From contig JBBSXC010000001.1 of NCBI GenBank assembly GCA_038045945.1, forward strand, positions 32,001 to 96,000: a stretch of DNA of 64,000 bases. Reading direction: 5' to 3'. Below are positions 49,218 through 58,104 of this stretch, piece after piece; within the stretch, counting starts at the first letter, position 1, and the number at the start of each line of letters is the position of its first letter. Origin of the DNA: Nanobdellota archaeon. GTDB lineage: Archaea > Nanobdellota > Nanobdellia > Pacearchaeales > GW2011-AR1. The position numbers were made by a program, and so were the translations under genes. The notes beneath the pieces are model-generated. The model was not told the origin of the DNA, did no database searches, and was given only the letters and a program-made list of their open reading frames with translations.

Positions 49218-49820
49218 ATGTTCTACTTAGCAGAAGTTGAAGATTATATTAGAGTTGAACCTAAATTATTTGGGCTTGATACTCGCGAGGCTGTTAAAGA
49301 ACAACTTAAGACTGCTTATAGCGGTTTTGTTAGTAAGGAATTAGGTTATGTTGTTTCCGTTTTGGATGTTTTGACTGTTCAGGAAGGAGTTGTTATTCCA
49401 GGGGACGGTGCTGTTTATTATAATTCACGATTCAAACTTTTAGTTTGGAAGGCTGAACTTGGAGAGCTTGTTTATTGTATGGTTAAGGAAGTTGCTAACT
49501 TTGGTGCTTTCATGAGTTTGGGTATTACTGATGGTCTTATTCATGTTACTCAGGTTACTGATGATTATGTTAGTTTTTCCAAAACTGGTACTTTGGTTTC
49601 CAAGTCTGGTAAGAAAAGCCTTAAGAAGGGCGATTTATGTTTAGCTAGAATAGTTGCTGTCTCTTATAAGGCTGGAGAACCTAAGATGAGTTTAACTATG
49701 AGACAGCCAGGTCTTGGTAAGATTGAGTGGATTAAGGATGATAAGAGAAAGTCTAAAGTTAAGGGTAGGGGCGAAAGTGAAGAGAAAGAATCTAAACCTA
49801 AAAAGTCTAAGAAAGAATAA
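49218..49820 (+). CDS. rpoE1: RNA polymerase subunit Rpo7 (E')
   Basis: RVEP..FG, IPGDG, FGAF, DGLIH, TMRQPGLGK. Confidence 0.95.
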   Translation: MFYLAEVEDYIRVEPKLFGLDTREAVKEQLKTAYSGFVSKELGYVVSVLDVLTVQEGVVIPGDGAVYYNSRFKLLVWKAELGELVYCMVKEVANFGAFMSLGITDGLIHVTQVTDDYVSFSKTGTLVSKSGKKSLKKGDLCLARIVAVSYKAGEPKMSLTMRQPGLGKIEWIKDDKRKSKVKGRGESEEKESKPKKSKKE

Positions 49821-50008
49821 TGGGTAACAAAAAAGCTTGCAAATTATGCAAAAGAATATATGAAGAAGGGAATTGTCCTAGTTGTGGAAGTAACGAATAC
49901 GTGAAAGATTACAAGGGAATTCTTGTTGTTTTCGACCCTGTAAATTCTGATATTGCTAAAAGTATGAAAATAAACAATGCTGGAGAATACGCTGTTAAGG
50001 TTAAATAA
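49820..50008 (+). CDS. spt4: Transcription elongation factor Spt4 (E'')
   Basis: KACK.CK...CPSCGS, DP..S.IA, GEYAVKV. Confidence 0.93.
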   Translation: MGNKKACKLCKRIYEEGNCPSCGSNEYVKDYKGILVVFDPVNSDIAKSMKINNAGEYAVKVK

Positions 50009-50013
50009 TTATC

Positions 50014-50316
50014 ATGGAACATCATAATATACTCAGTGATAAGGATAACAAAACTTTAGGTTTTAGAGAGGTTGAAATATTGATGCCTTTCTCTAAGACA
50101 CCAACAACTGTTGAAATAACTAAAATAATTGCTGATAAGTATAAGGCATCTGAGGATTCTTGTTCTATTCAGATGATTAAGGGTAGTTTTGGTAAAAACC
50201 TTTTTTCTATTAAGGCTAGAATTTATGCTAATAAGGAAAATAAGGATAAGATTGAACATAAGAATAAGAAACCTAAAAAGGCTCCTGGAGCCGCTGTCGG
50301 AGGTAAGAAGAAATAA
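50014..50316 (+). CDS. rps24e: 30S ribosomal protein eS24
   Basis: N..L..RE, TP, FG, A.IY; operon position. Confidence 0.85.
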   Translation: MEHHNILSDKDNKTLGFREVEILMPFSKTPTTVEITKIIADKYKASEDSCSIQMIKGSFGKNLFSIKARIYANKENKDKIEHKNKKPKKAPGAAVGGKKK

Positions 50317-50552
50317 TGGCTGGTGACAAAGGCAGTAAAGGTAAAAGGAAGAGGAAAAAACACCCTTCTTCTAAGAGATACAAAATGTATACTGTTAGCG
50401 GTGATAAAATTACTTCTAGGAAGAGAATGTGCCCAAGATGCGGCCCTGGAATATTCTTAGCAGTTGCACCTAACAGAGTATTCTGTGGTAAGTGCGCTTA
50501 CACAGAATTTGCAGCAAGCACAACATTGAAAGCACAAGAAAAGAAAAAGTAA
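50316..50552 (+). CDS. rps27ae: 30S ribosomal protein eS31 (S27ae)
   Basis: CPRCGPG.FLA, CGKCAYT. Confidence 0.95.
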   Translation: MAGDKGSKGKRKRKKHPSSKRYKMYTVSGDKITSRKRMCPRCGPGIFLAVAPNRVFCGKCAYTEFAASTTLKAQEKKK

Positions 50553-50567
50553 AAATTTTATAAAAAA

Positions 50568-51560
50568 TTATCTCTTAGTTTCAACACTATCAAAGAGAGC
50601 ACTCAAACTATCACCCTTAATTGTTCTGTAAATAGCTTCACCAAATAATGGAATCAGAGATATGGTTTCAAGATTGGGACTTCCACTGTTTACTAGGGTA
50701 TCAGAAACAAATAGTTTGTCTAGTGTAGAAAATCTTTCTAGTCCTGCGCTGAATAGTCCGTGAGTTCCATAAGCATAAACGCTTTTAGCCCCATTCTCTC
50801 TCAAAGATGCTTCAGTCATGGCTATAGTCCCACCAGTATCAATCATGTCATCAACAATTAGACAATTCCTGTCTTTAACATCACCTATTATTACAACTTT
50901 ATCAACAACATTATCTTTAAGTCTAATTTTGTCACCTATAGCAACATTCACTTCTAGACCGCTGGCCCTTAGCCTCTTAGCAAGACTTCTAACTCTTTTA
51001 GCCCCACCCATGTCCGGTGAAACAACAGCTAAATCCTCAAAAATTAATGGGTGTTTACTTCCCAGATAATCGATTAGTGTTGGAAAAGAATAAAGATTAT
51101 CAAAAGGAATATCAAAAAATCCTTGCATTGCAGGGTTATGAAGATCAACGGTCATTGCTCTGTCAGCATAAGTAGAGATCATCTTAGCAAGAGCTTTAGC
51201 ATTAACACTAACCCTACTTTCATCCTTTCTTTCTTGACGAGCGAAACGAGTATAAGGAAGAACAACATTTATTTCTTCAGGCGAAGAGAACTTTAGTGCA
51301 TCAAGGACAAAGTTAAGTTCTGTGTACCAGTCTGATGGGGACTTGTTAGAATCATGAATTAGATAACATTGCCTTCTGCGAACGTTCTTAGCAATACGAA
51401 GTTTGAATTCTCCATCCTTAAAGTCTTCTCTTTTGACAGTGACTAAGTCTACCTCAAAATCTCTTTTTGGCTTATATAGAAGGTGATTATAAACACCGAT
51501 AGCAAAATCGTAACCTTTACTGTTAGGATCGGCAATTATTGCAGCATCACCATTTTCCAT
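50568..51560 (-). CDS. prs: Ribose-phosphate pyrophosphokinase
   Basis: F.DGE, PY..ARQER, VDLH, SPD.GG, VDDMIDTGGT. Confidence 0.93.
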   Translation of the reverse strand: MENGDAAIIADPNSKGYDFAIGVYNHLLYKPKRDFEVDLVTVKREDFKDGEFKLRIAKNVRRRQCYLIHDSNKSPSDWYTELNFVLDALKFSSPEEINVVLPYTRFARQERKDESRVSVNAKALAKMISTYADRAMTVDLHNPAMQGFFDIPFDNLYSFPTLIDYLGSKHPLIFEDLAVVSPDMGGAKRVRSLAKRLRASGLEVNVAIGDKIRLKDNVVDKVVIIGDVKDRNCLIVDDMIDTGGTIAMTEASLRENGAKSVYAYGTHGLFSAGLERFSTLDKLFVSDTLVNSGSPNLETISLIPLFGEAIYRTIKGDSLSALFDSVETKR

Positions 51561-51705
51561 AAAATCTTTTGCCGTGTTAGCTATTTAAGGATTATTGGTA
51601 TAGAAAAATAAATGTATGATTATGAAAACACGGTGCATCTTATATAAATAACTGCTTTCTTTCTCCGTGAAAAGCGGAATGCTTTTTTTTTTGTTTGAAT
51701 ATGAA

Positions 51706-52338
51706 ATTCTTTGCTGTAATTAACTTCTAAATCAAGCTTGTACCATATTTTAGAATGGTTTGCTTTCTAGTTAATAATTCTGCAAAGAATCATTTTTGCT
51801 TTTAGGATAAGCGGCTATATCAAGTTTGTACCCTGTTTTAGAAGGGTTTACTTTCTAGCTTATCACTTAAAGCTTCAAGAATGTTAATTCTTGAGACCCA
51901 AAAATCTTATAGATTTTTGAGTTTTTTTTTATCAAGTCGAGTTGATTATTATTTTAAGAATTCTTTATGAGGACTTCTTTGTTAACTTTTAGATATAGAA
52001 AATCTTTCTTATCCTTACTGTATAAATTATTTGTCCTAGAATTCTTGTCTGAAATCTAACTTTTCTTTACTTCTTATCTAAGTACCAGTAGTACTTAAAC
52101 TTATCTATTGATCACCCTTTACCATCTTTTTGCCACCCTCAATCCTCTAATTACTCAGATTTGTATTGGTGAAAGTGAAAGGTGATGATCTTTTGATTAT
52201 AAAACCCTGGAAGAGGCTTTTATGCACTTAAATTAGGTTGCACTAAGCCTCTTCTGGGTAAAAAGAGGTGATATAATATGTAGGCAAAAGACCTATTTAA
52301 ACCTTTCGATATTGTTATCATTACACAATGACAATATC
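51706..52338. ncRNA. Candidate structured non-coding RNA/cis element (identity unknown)
   Basis: No ORF >=60 aa; at least 8 stem-loops; tandem 40-nt motif with compensatory changes. Confidence 0.5.
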
Positions 52339-52393
52339 TGCTCTTTATTTTTGACCCGTGGGTTTATAATATTTGTTTGTTTGTGTTTTATTG

Positions 52394-53371
52394 ATGGATG
52401 ATCAGCCCAAAATTGAGGTGAATAAAGTAGAGGTGAGTAGTACTGTTCTTGATAGTATGAATCAGGACGAGGTTTACGGTCTTCTTCTTGATAATGAGGT
52501 TGGTTGGCAGGCTATTCTTTATGATTTGATTAATACTGAGCGGCTTGATCCTTGGAATCTTGATCTTGTTGCTCTTACTCAGAAGTATTTGGAGAAGGTT
52601 AGGATTCTTGAGGAGGCTAACTTCTTTATTTCTTCTAATATTATTCTTGCTGCTTCTTTGCTTCTTAGGATTAAGTCTGAGATTCTTCTTGACCATTATA
52701 TTCCTTCTCTTGATGCTATTCTTTATGGTAAGAAGGATGAGGAGAAGAAGTCTTTGGAGAGGATTCATATTGATGAGTCGCAGCTTCCTTTGATTTATCC
52801 TAGGAGTCCTATGCCTAGGAACCGTCAGGTTACTCTTTCTGAGCTTGTTAGTGCTCTTTCTCATGCTATTAAGACTGAGAATAGGCGTATTCGTAAGGAG
52901 CTTATTATTAGGTCTGCTAGGCGTGAAACTGATATTGTTTTTCCTAAGATGAAGATTCGTATTCAGGATCGTATTAGGCAGATTTATGCTAAGATTCTTT
53001 CTAAATTCCAACAAAAGAAGGAGCGTATTCCTTATTCTGATATTGCTTCTGGTCGTGAGGATCGTATTGCTGGTTTTTTGCCTGTTCTTCATCTTGATAA
53101 CCAACAGAAGGTTTTTTTGCAGCAGGAGGCTCATTATGAGGAGATTTATGTTTGGGTTTACAAGCATTATAAGGAATTGAATCCTCATGTTGTTTCTGCC
53201 GAATTAGAAGAGGTTGATTCTTCTGAGATTGCTAATCACGAGCAACTTGAAAATTTTGATGCTCAGGAGCAGGAAATTATTGATGAACTAAACAAGTCTA
53301 GCAAGCTTTCTGATAAGACTGGTTTTGATAATCCTTTAGGTAATTTGCTTAGTGAATCGGGTGCAGAATAA
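52394..53371 (+). CDS. scpA: Segregation/condensation protein ScpA (kleisin)
   Basis: DPWNLDL..LT.KYL, LLRIKS, R.VTL.EL, FLPVLHL. Confidence 0.88.
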   Translation: MDDQPKIEVNKVEVSSTVLDSMNQDEVYGLLLDNEVGWQAILYDLINTERLDPWNLDLVALTQKYLEKVRILEEANFFISSNIILAASLLLRIKSEILLDHYIPSLDAILYGKKDEEKKSLERIHIDESQLPLIYPRSPMPRNRQVTLSELVSALSHAIKTENRRIRKELIIRSARRETDIVFPKMKIRIQDRIRQIYAKILSKFQQKKERIPYSDIASGREDRIAGFLPVLHLDNQQKVFLQQEAHYEEIYVWVYKHYKELNPHVVSAELEEVDSSEIANHEQLENFDAQEQEIIDELNKSSKLSDKTGFDNPLGNLLSESGAE

Positions 53372-53375
53372 TTTT

Positions 53376-54536
53376 TTATTCTAATAATTCTTTTTCTCCT
53401 ACTTTTTCTTCTTTTCCGCTTGTTAGGTCTTTTATTGTGAACTTTTTTTCTTTTATTTCCTTTTCACCTATGAATACTGCTTTGTTTATACTGTAGGAAT
53501 TTGCGTATTCTAGTGCTTTGCTTGGTTTTCCGTAGAATATTACGCATGATTTTCCTTGTGATCTTAATTTTTTTGTTATTTCTATTGTTTTTTCGTCTTG
53601 GTTTAGTGATACTACTAAGTATTGTGTTTTTGGTAATGGGATTTCTGCTAATACGCTTAGTCTTTCTATGCTTGTTCCAAAGCCGATGCCTTCAATATTG
53701 CCTATGATGTATCTTCCGCCGCCTAGTATTGTTTGTTTCATAACTTTAGATTTTATTTCAAAAATTGTTCCTGTGTAATAGCTAAGTCCTCTGGCTAGTG
53801 ATGGGAGGAATTGTACTTCGAATCCGAATTGCTTGCAATATTCTTTTACTTCTTTTATTTCAGAGTAGTTTTTGTATTTTTCAAAGTAACTTTCTGGTTT
53901 GCTAAATATTTTTATTAATGATTCAGCACCGAATTTTTTAAGGTTTTTTGTTACTTCTTCGTCTGTTAGTTTGTCTAATTTGTCTATTTCTCTTATTACT
54001 TGTTTTCTGTCTTCTTCTTTTATTCCCTCTCCTGAGAGTATTTCGTCAATTAGTTTTCTATTGTTAAAGTATATGTTTACTTCCCCTAAATTAAGTTTTT
54101 TTGTTATTTGGTTTGCCACGGATAATATTTCTGCGTCGCTTTTTATGTTAGAGTCTATTATGTCTACTTCGCATGTTGTAAACTGTCTAGTCCTGTTTTC
54201 TGCTACAGGTTCATCTCGGAATACTGGCCCTATTTGGTATCTTCTGTAAGGTAATTTTTTTCCTTGGGCTATTCTTTTAAGTTGGAATGTGAACTCGTAT
54301 CTTAATGCTAGTTTTCTTTTCCCTTTGTCTGTAAGTTTGTATGTGTCGCTTACTGCTTCATCCGATGGGTTGTCTCCTCTCACGAATTCTTCATCCTCAA
54401 TTATTGGTGTTTCTGCTGGTTCGAATCCGTAACTTCTAAAGATGTCCTCAACGATTCTTTGTGTTTCTTGACGCTTAAGAGCTTCTAGGCCAGTATAGTC
54501 TCTAAATCCTTTAACTGGTTCTTTTATGTTTGTCAT
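53376..54536 (-). CDS. hisS: Histidyl-tRNA synthetase (start corrected to ATG 54536)
   Basis: VKGFRD, LRYEFT, VFRDE...R.RQF, ARGLSYYTG, GGGRY, ER; GGTGA SD. Confidence 0.95.
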   Translation of the reverse strand: MTNIKEPVKGFRDYTGLEALKRQETQRIVEDIFRSYGFEPAETPIIEDEEFVRGDNPSDEAVSDTYKLTDKGKRKLALRYEFTFQLKRIAQGKKLPYRRYQIGPVFRDEPVAENRTRQFTTCEVDIIDSNIKSDAEILSVANQITKKLNLGEVNIYFNNRKLIDEILSGEGIKEEDRKQVIREIDKLDKLTDEEVTKNLKKFGAESLIKIFSKPESYFEKYKNYSEIKEVKEYCKQFGFEVQFLPSLARGLSYYTGTIFEIKSKVMKQTILGGGRYIIGNIEGIGFGTSIERLSVLAEIPLPKTQYLVVSLNQDEKTIEITKKLRSQGKSCVIFYGKPSKALEYANSYSINKAVFIGEKEIKEKKFTIKDLTSGKEEKVGEKELLE

Positions 54537-54562
54537 TTTTTCACCTTTTTTGTGATTTTGAA

Positions 54563-54634
54563 AGCGGAAGGAGGGAGTTGAACCCTCGTCTCGAGAGCCA
54601 CAGTCTCGCATACTACCGTTGTACTACAACCGCC
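54563..54634 (-). tRNA. tRNA-His(GTG) with encoded G-1
   Basis: Anticodon arm CGAGA-CTGTGGC-TCTCG; T-arm GAGGG-TTCAACT-CCCTC. Confidence 0.9.
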
Positions 54635-54816
54635 ATATTTATTACACTTACGAGTAAGTGATTGTGAGGGTATAAAAGAATTGCTATTTGTTATGAAGTT
54701 GAAACTAGGGTTTTCTTTACTGCGAACAATGATTAAACTCCTGTAGTTTTGTGTTCATAGTATTGTTAGTGTTTTATCAGTTTATAAAATTATTGTTTGG
54801 AAATTCTTGTAGATTT

Positions 54817-55116
54817 TCAAGCCACAAAATTCAAAGAATTTTGATGTTTAGTAATGTTTGTAGTTGTTGTTTCTAATAATAAGAGTTTTTCACCTTTGGG
54901 CACTTGTTTTATTTTGTATTCTAGTTTTGATGCTTCTGATCTGTTTCCTGCTGTTTTTACCAGTAATAGTTTTCCGTACCCTTTTCTTTTTACATATTTG
55001 CTTCCGCGTCCGTTTATGTGTGCTTTCATTCTTTTTTCCAGGTTATTTGTTATTCCTGTATAATAAGTCCCATCTAAGCATTCTATTATGTAAACGCACC
55101 AATCTTTTTTTATCAT
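54817..55116 (-). CDS. GIY-YIG nuclease (UPF0213/YhbQ-like)
   Basis: VYIIEC.DGTYYTG.T....R...H..G.G.KY, A.KLE..IK. Confidence 0.9.
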   Translation of the reverse strand: MIKKDWCVYIIECLDGTYYTGITNNLEKRMKAHINGRGSKYVKRKGYGKLLLVKTAGNRSEASKLEYKIKQVPKGEKLLLLETTTTNITKHQNSLNFVA

Positions 55117-55230
55117 TTATTTAGTCGATTTTTTTGATGATGCTGCTATTACTCTTTTCTTTGCTTTTTTTACTCCACGCATTCTTCTTGTCATGGATCT
55201 GTGTTTGTGTGCTGCGTATCTTCTTCCCAT
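55117..55230 (-). CDS. 37-aa very basic peptide MGRRYAAHKHRSMTRRMRGVKKAKKRVIAASSKKSTK
   Basis: TTTATAA box ~25 nt upstream; stop abuts the GIY-YIG ATG; host-like codon skew. Confidence 0.6.
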   Translation of the reverse strand: MGRRYAAHKHRSMTRRMRGVKKAKKRVIAASSKKSTK

Positions 55231-55287
55231 GTTTTTTCTTAAGAAATGGTGCCTTATAAAGTTTTAGAAGAGGGATCCAGAGTTTTT

Positions 55288-56136
55288 TTATGTTGTTATT
55301 ATTGTTTGGTTTGCTAGCTTGTTTATTACTGGTACGAAGTATTCTGCTGGTAGTGCGAACCCTATGTTTTCTGCTTCTCCTACTTTGAAGTTGTTTATTC
55401 CTACTACTTTTCCGTCTTGGTCTATTAGCGGTCCTCCCGAGTTTCCCGGGTTTAGTGCTACGTCTGTTTGTATATATCTTGCTGGGCTTGAGCTTACTTG
55501 TCTGTCTAGCGAGCTTATTATTCCTTGTGTTACTGAGAATGATAATCCTAATGGGTTTCCTATTGCTATTACTTTTTCTCCTACTTTTGGTTCCTTGTTT
55601 AGTTCAAGTGGTTCGTAAGTTGTTTGTACTCTTAGTAGTGCTACATCCATTTTTTGGTCGTACCCTACTAGTTCTGCGTATTCTGAGTTTTTGTTTGAGT
55701 CTATTATTTGTGTGTATCTTCCCCCTTCTAGTACGTGCGCGTTTGTTACTATGTAGCTTTCTCCGTTCACCTTAGCTATTACAAATCCTGTTCCTTGCCC
55801 TACGTCTGTTTTTATGCTTAGTACACTCACGATTGATTGTTCTATTACTCCTGAGAAGTCATCTGTTGTGTGTGCTTTTAGTATGTTTATTTCTGCTTTT
55901 ATTGTTGATTGTGTTTGTACTAGCGCGTTTGATAAATCGCTTATTTTTGTTTGTGCGTCTAGACTGTTCGTCGCTATTGTTTTCTTTATTTCGTTTATGC
56001 TTTCGTTTAATGCGTTGCTTATTTGTTTGTTGTTTTGGTAGAAGTATGTGAATGTTACTATTTGTGTTATTAGTAGTACACCGATTATTGTGTATAGTAA
56101 TATTATGTGTGTGTTTTTATTATAAGCCATAAGCAT
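55288..56136 (-). CDS. Membrane-anchored trypsin-like (HtrA-type, no PDZ) serine protease
   Basis: TNAHV, DVALL, GNPLG, GNSGGP. Confidence 0.92.
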   Translation of the reverse strand: MLMAYNKNTHIILLYTIIGVLLITQIVTFTYFYQNNKQISNALNESINEIKKTIATNSLDAQTKISDLSNALVQTQSTIKAEINILKAHTTDDFSGVIEQSIVSVLSIKTDVGQGTGFVIAKVNGESYIVTNAHVLEGGRYTQIIDSNKNSEYAELVGYDQKMDVALLRVQTTYEPLELNKEPKVGEKVIAIGNPLGLSFSVTQGIISSLDRQVSSSPARYIQTDVALNPGNSGGPLIDQDGKVVGINNFKVGEAENIGFALPAEYFVPVINKLANQTIITT

Positions 56137-56262
56137 TTTTTGTTGTTTTTGCTTTAAAAGAGTTATGAAGATAGAATACTTTCAAAAAAATTCTTTATTT
56201 GAACATTTTCTTCAAAGTTTTAGAAATTTTATTATTATAAGACTTGAGCATAATCCTTTTTT

Positions 56263-57003
56263 TTATATTCCTAAATCCTTTGCTATTTTGTCTGCCGCGA
56301 TTATTTCCGGTATTGTTACTATTTCTGCTCCCGCTCTTTTTAGTTTTGATACCATCCCCGGACTTTCGCATCTTGAGTGTACTTCTATTTTTGGGTTTAG
56401 TTCTTTTGCTGTTAGCGTTAGTAGTATGTTTGTTTCTGTTTTTGGTAGTGTTAGTATTATTTTTGCTGCTTTTTCTATATTTGCTGCCTTTAGTGCTTCG
56501 TCGTTTTGTGCGTCTCCTTTAACAACCAAGTATTTTTTCTTTCTTAGTTGCGATACCATTTTTTGTTCCGATTCTATGATTAAGAAGTCTCTATTCTTTG
56601 TTTTTAGTACTCTTGCTATTTCTTCTCCCACTCTCCCACCCCCCACTATTATTATGTGGTTTTTCATCTTCATCACTTTTGATATGGATATTCTTCTTTT
56701 TAAATACTCTCTGACCTTTCCCTCGAGGATTAAGTCTGCTATGCTCCATAATACCCACCACACTAAGAATACTCCTACTATTGCTAGTGTCATCTCCATG
56801 AATCTTTCTGGTATTGTGCTATCATCATTGAACATGAATGCTAATGTGTGCGTTGTTCTGTATAATGATGCACTTATTGTTTCTTCTGATGTTACTCTAA
56901 AACCTATTGTTCCAAAAACGAATAAGAATAGTATCACCCAAAAAAATATTCTTAATCTTTTTGGTAATTCTTCTATTTCTTTTATTCCTGCCCCTTTTGA
57001 CAT
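56263..57003 (-). CDS. K+-channel-like protein with TrkA-N/RCK domain
   Basis: 2 TM, HIIIVGGGRVG, GDA; no GYG filter. Confidence 0.8.
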   Translation of the reverse strand: MSKGAGIKEIEELPKRLRIFFWVILFLFVFGTIGFRVTSEETISASLYRTTHTLAFMFNDDSTIPERFMEMTLAIVGVFLVWWVLWSIADLILEGKVREYLKRRISISKVMKMKNHIIIVGGGRVGEEIARVLKTKNRDFLIIESEQKMVSQLRKKKYLVVKGDAQNDEALKAANIEKAAKIILTLPKTETNILLTLTAKELNPKIEVHSRCESPGMVSKLKRAGAEIVTIPEIIAADKIAKDLGI

Positions 57004-57098
57004 GTTATTGCTATTTTTTCCCCTCCTTCTAAATTAACTAAAACCTCCATAGTTTAAAAGCCCTTTTATAAAAAATAGAACAAATAAATAATATAGAA

Positions 57099-57171
57099 CG
57101 CCCCCACCGGGATTCGAACCCGGGTTACCAGCTCGAAAGGCTAGTGTCCTTGGCCTCTAGACGATAAGGGC
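57099..57171 (-). tRNA. tRNA-Glu(TTC)
   Basis: Anticodon arm CTAGC-CTTTCGA-GCTGG; body identical to tRNA-Glu(CTC). Confidence 0.96.
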
Positions 57172-57224
57172 ATTAAAGAGATAATAAGAAATACGTTTTT
57201 AAAGGTTTGGAGTGATAAATTTTT

Positions 57225-57659
57225 TTATTTTGTTTGAACTTTTTCTGTGTAAGCTACAGATGCTACATTTCCTGATACTACTTTATTAAATGTTGATGCA
57301 ATTAGTTCTAACTCTTCTCTTTGGCCGTTTATTAATGCTAAAGGTGATTTGTTTAGGTATAATAATCCAGAGTATCTTTCTAAGTCTCCTTCTATTGAGG
57401 GATTTAGTGGTAGTTCTGTGTATGATTCTGCTTTTAGTTCTAATGATCTCATTGAGTTTACACCTCTTATTTCTACACTTTCAACCCACGAGTCTTCTTT
57501 TCTATGCTCGCCTTTATAGAATTCTTCTGTTCTTCTTCCAGAAATTCTTACTTCTCTATTATTAACTCTTGCAAGACGACTAAGAGAATCTGTAAGTTGT
57601 CTTCTTGTGATGCCATATGAGAAATTAATCCTTGCTACTACTTCTGATGGATTTTTCAT
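57225..57659 (-). CDS. Hypothetical protein
   Basis: ORF only. Confidence 0.55.
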   Translation of the reverse strand: MKNPSEVVARINFSYGITRRQLTDSLSRLARVNNREVRISGRRTEEFYKGEHRKEDSWVESVEIRGVNSMRSLELKAESYTELPLNPSIEGDLERYSGLLYLNKSPLALINGQREELELIASTFNKVVSGNVASVAYTEKVQTK

Positions 57660-57714
57660 AATGAATAATTATAATAATCCTTTTTTAAGATTAGTGGTGA
57701 CTGTTTTCTACTGT

Positions 57715-58098
57715 TTATAGCTTCATCATTTTTGCGAATTTTCCTACTATTGGTACATTTCTGTATTCGCCTTTTATTGCGTAGAACCAGCTCAAGACCC
57801 ACAGTAGTACTGCTATAACGTATACTATTGGTCCGATGATCCATCCGAATCCAGGTATGCTTACAGCTACTGCTGATATTAGGTATACTATGAATATCAT
57901 TAGTGATTGTTTAGCGTAGAACATTACGTAGTGGTCTCTTCTTCTTACTAGTAGTGCTATGAAGAATCCTACTATGCTGAAGAATGTTGCTATGAATGCG
58001 AATAGTTTGCTGTCATCGTTAAGCACCAGGTTTATTCTTGATTCAATTCCTGCTAAACCTTTTTCTTCCTTCTTTTTTGTGTTTCTTCTTTTTGCCAT
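57715..58098 (-). CDS. DUF4870/Tic20-like membrane protein
   Basis: DDSKLFAF, YVMFYAKQSL, VPIVGKFA; paralog of 1297-1653. Confidence 0.75.
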   Translation of the reverse strand: MAKRRNTKKKEEKGLAGIESRINLVLNDDSKLFAFIATFFSIVGFFIALLVRRRDHYVMFYAKQSLMIFIVYLISAVAVSIPGFGWIIGPIVYVIAVLLWVLSWFYAIKGEYRNVPIVGKFAKMMKL

Positions 58099-58104
58099 TG
58101 TTTA

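Noticed and set aside
51731-51858. Two 40-nt repeats as a mini CRISPR array
   Set aside because: Only two copies, differences are compensatory, flanks pair as closing stems, and no cas operon is adjacent
51960-52258. RNase P RNA P4-like pairing on the minus strand (CAGAAGAGGCTTA with AAGTCCTC)
   Set aside because: The elements are in reversed order, the GAGGAA of CR-I is absent, and GAGGCTT is sequestered in a stronger local hairpin; likely coincidence
51561-52372. Replication origin
   Set aside because: No cdc6/orc1 adjacent, no ORB-like G-string boxes recognised, and skew has the same sign on both wider flanks
54537-54611. N-terminal extension of HisRS in the ORF track
   Set aside because: It overlaps tRNA-His; the SD-supported start is 54536
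56165-57037. 290-aa + strand ORF and many similar antisense or L/F-rich ORFs (for example 14777-15373, 52388-53188, 12303-12782)
   Set aside because: Shadows of real genes caused by the codon skew; no motifs
57099-57171. Large island bounded by the two tRNA-Glu genes
   Set aside because: Both are complete isoacceptors, and the intervening DNA is core housekeeping genes
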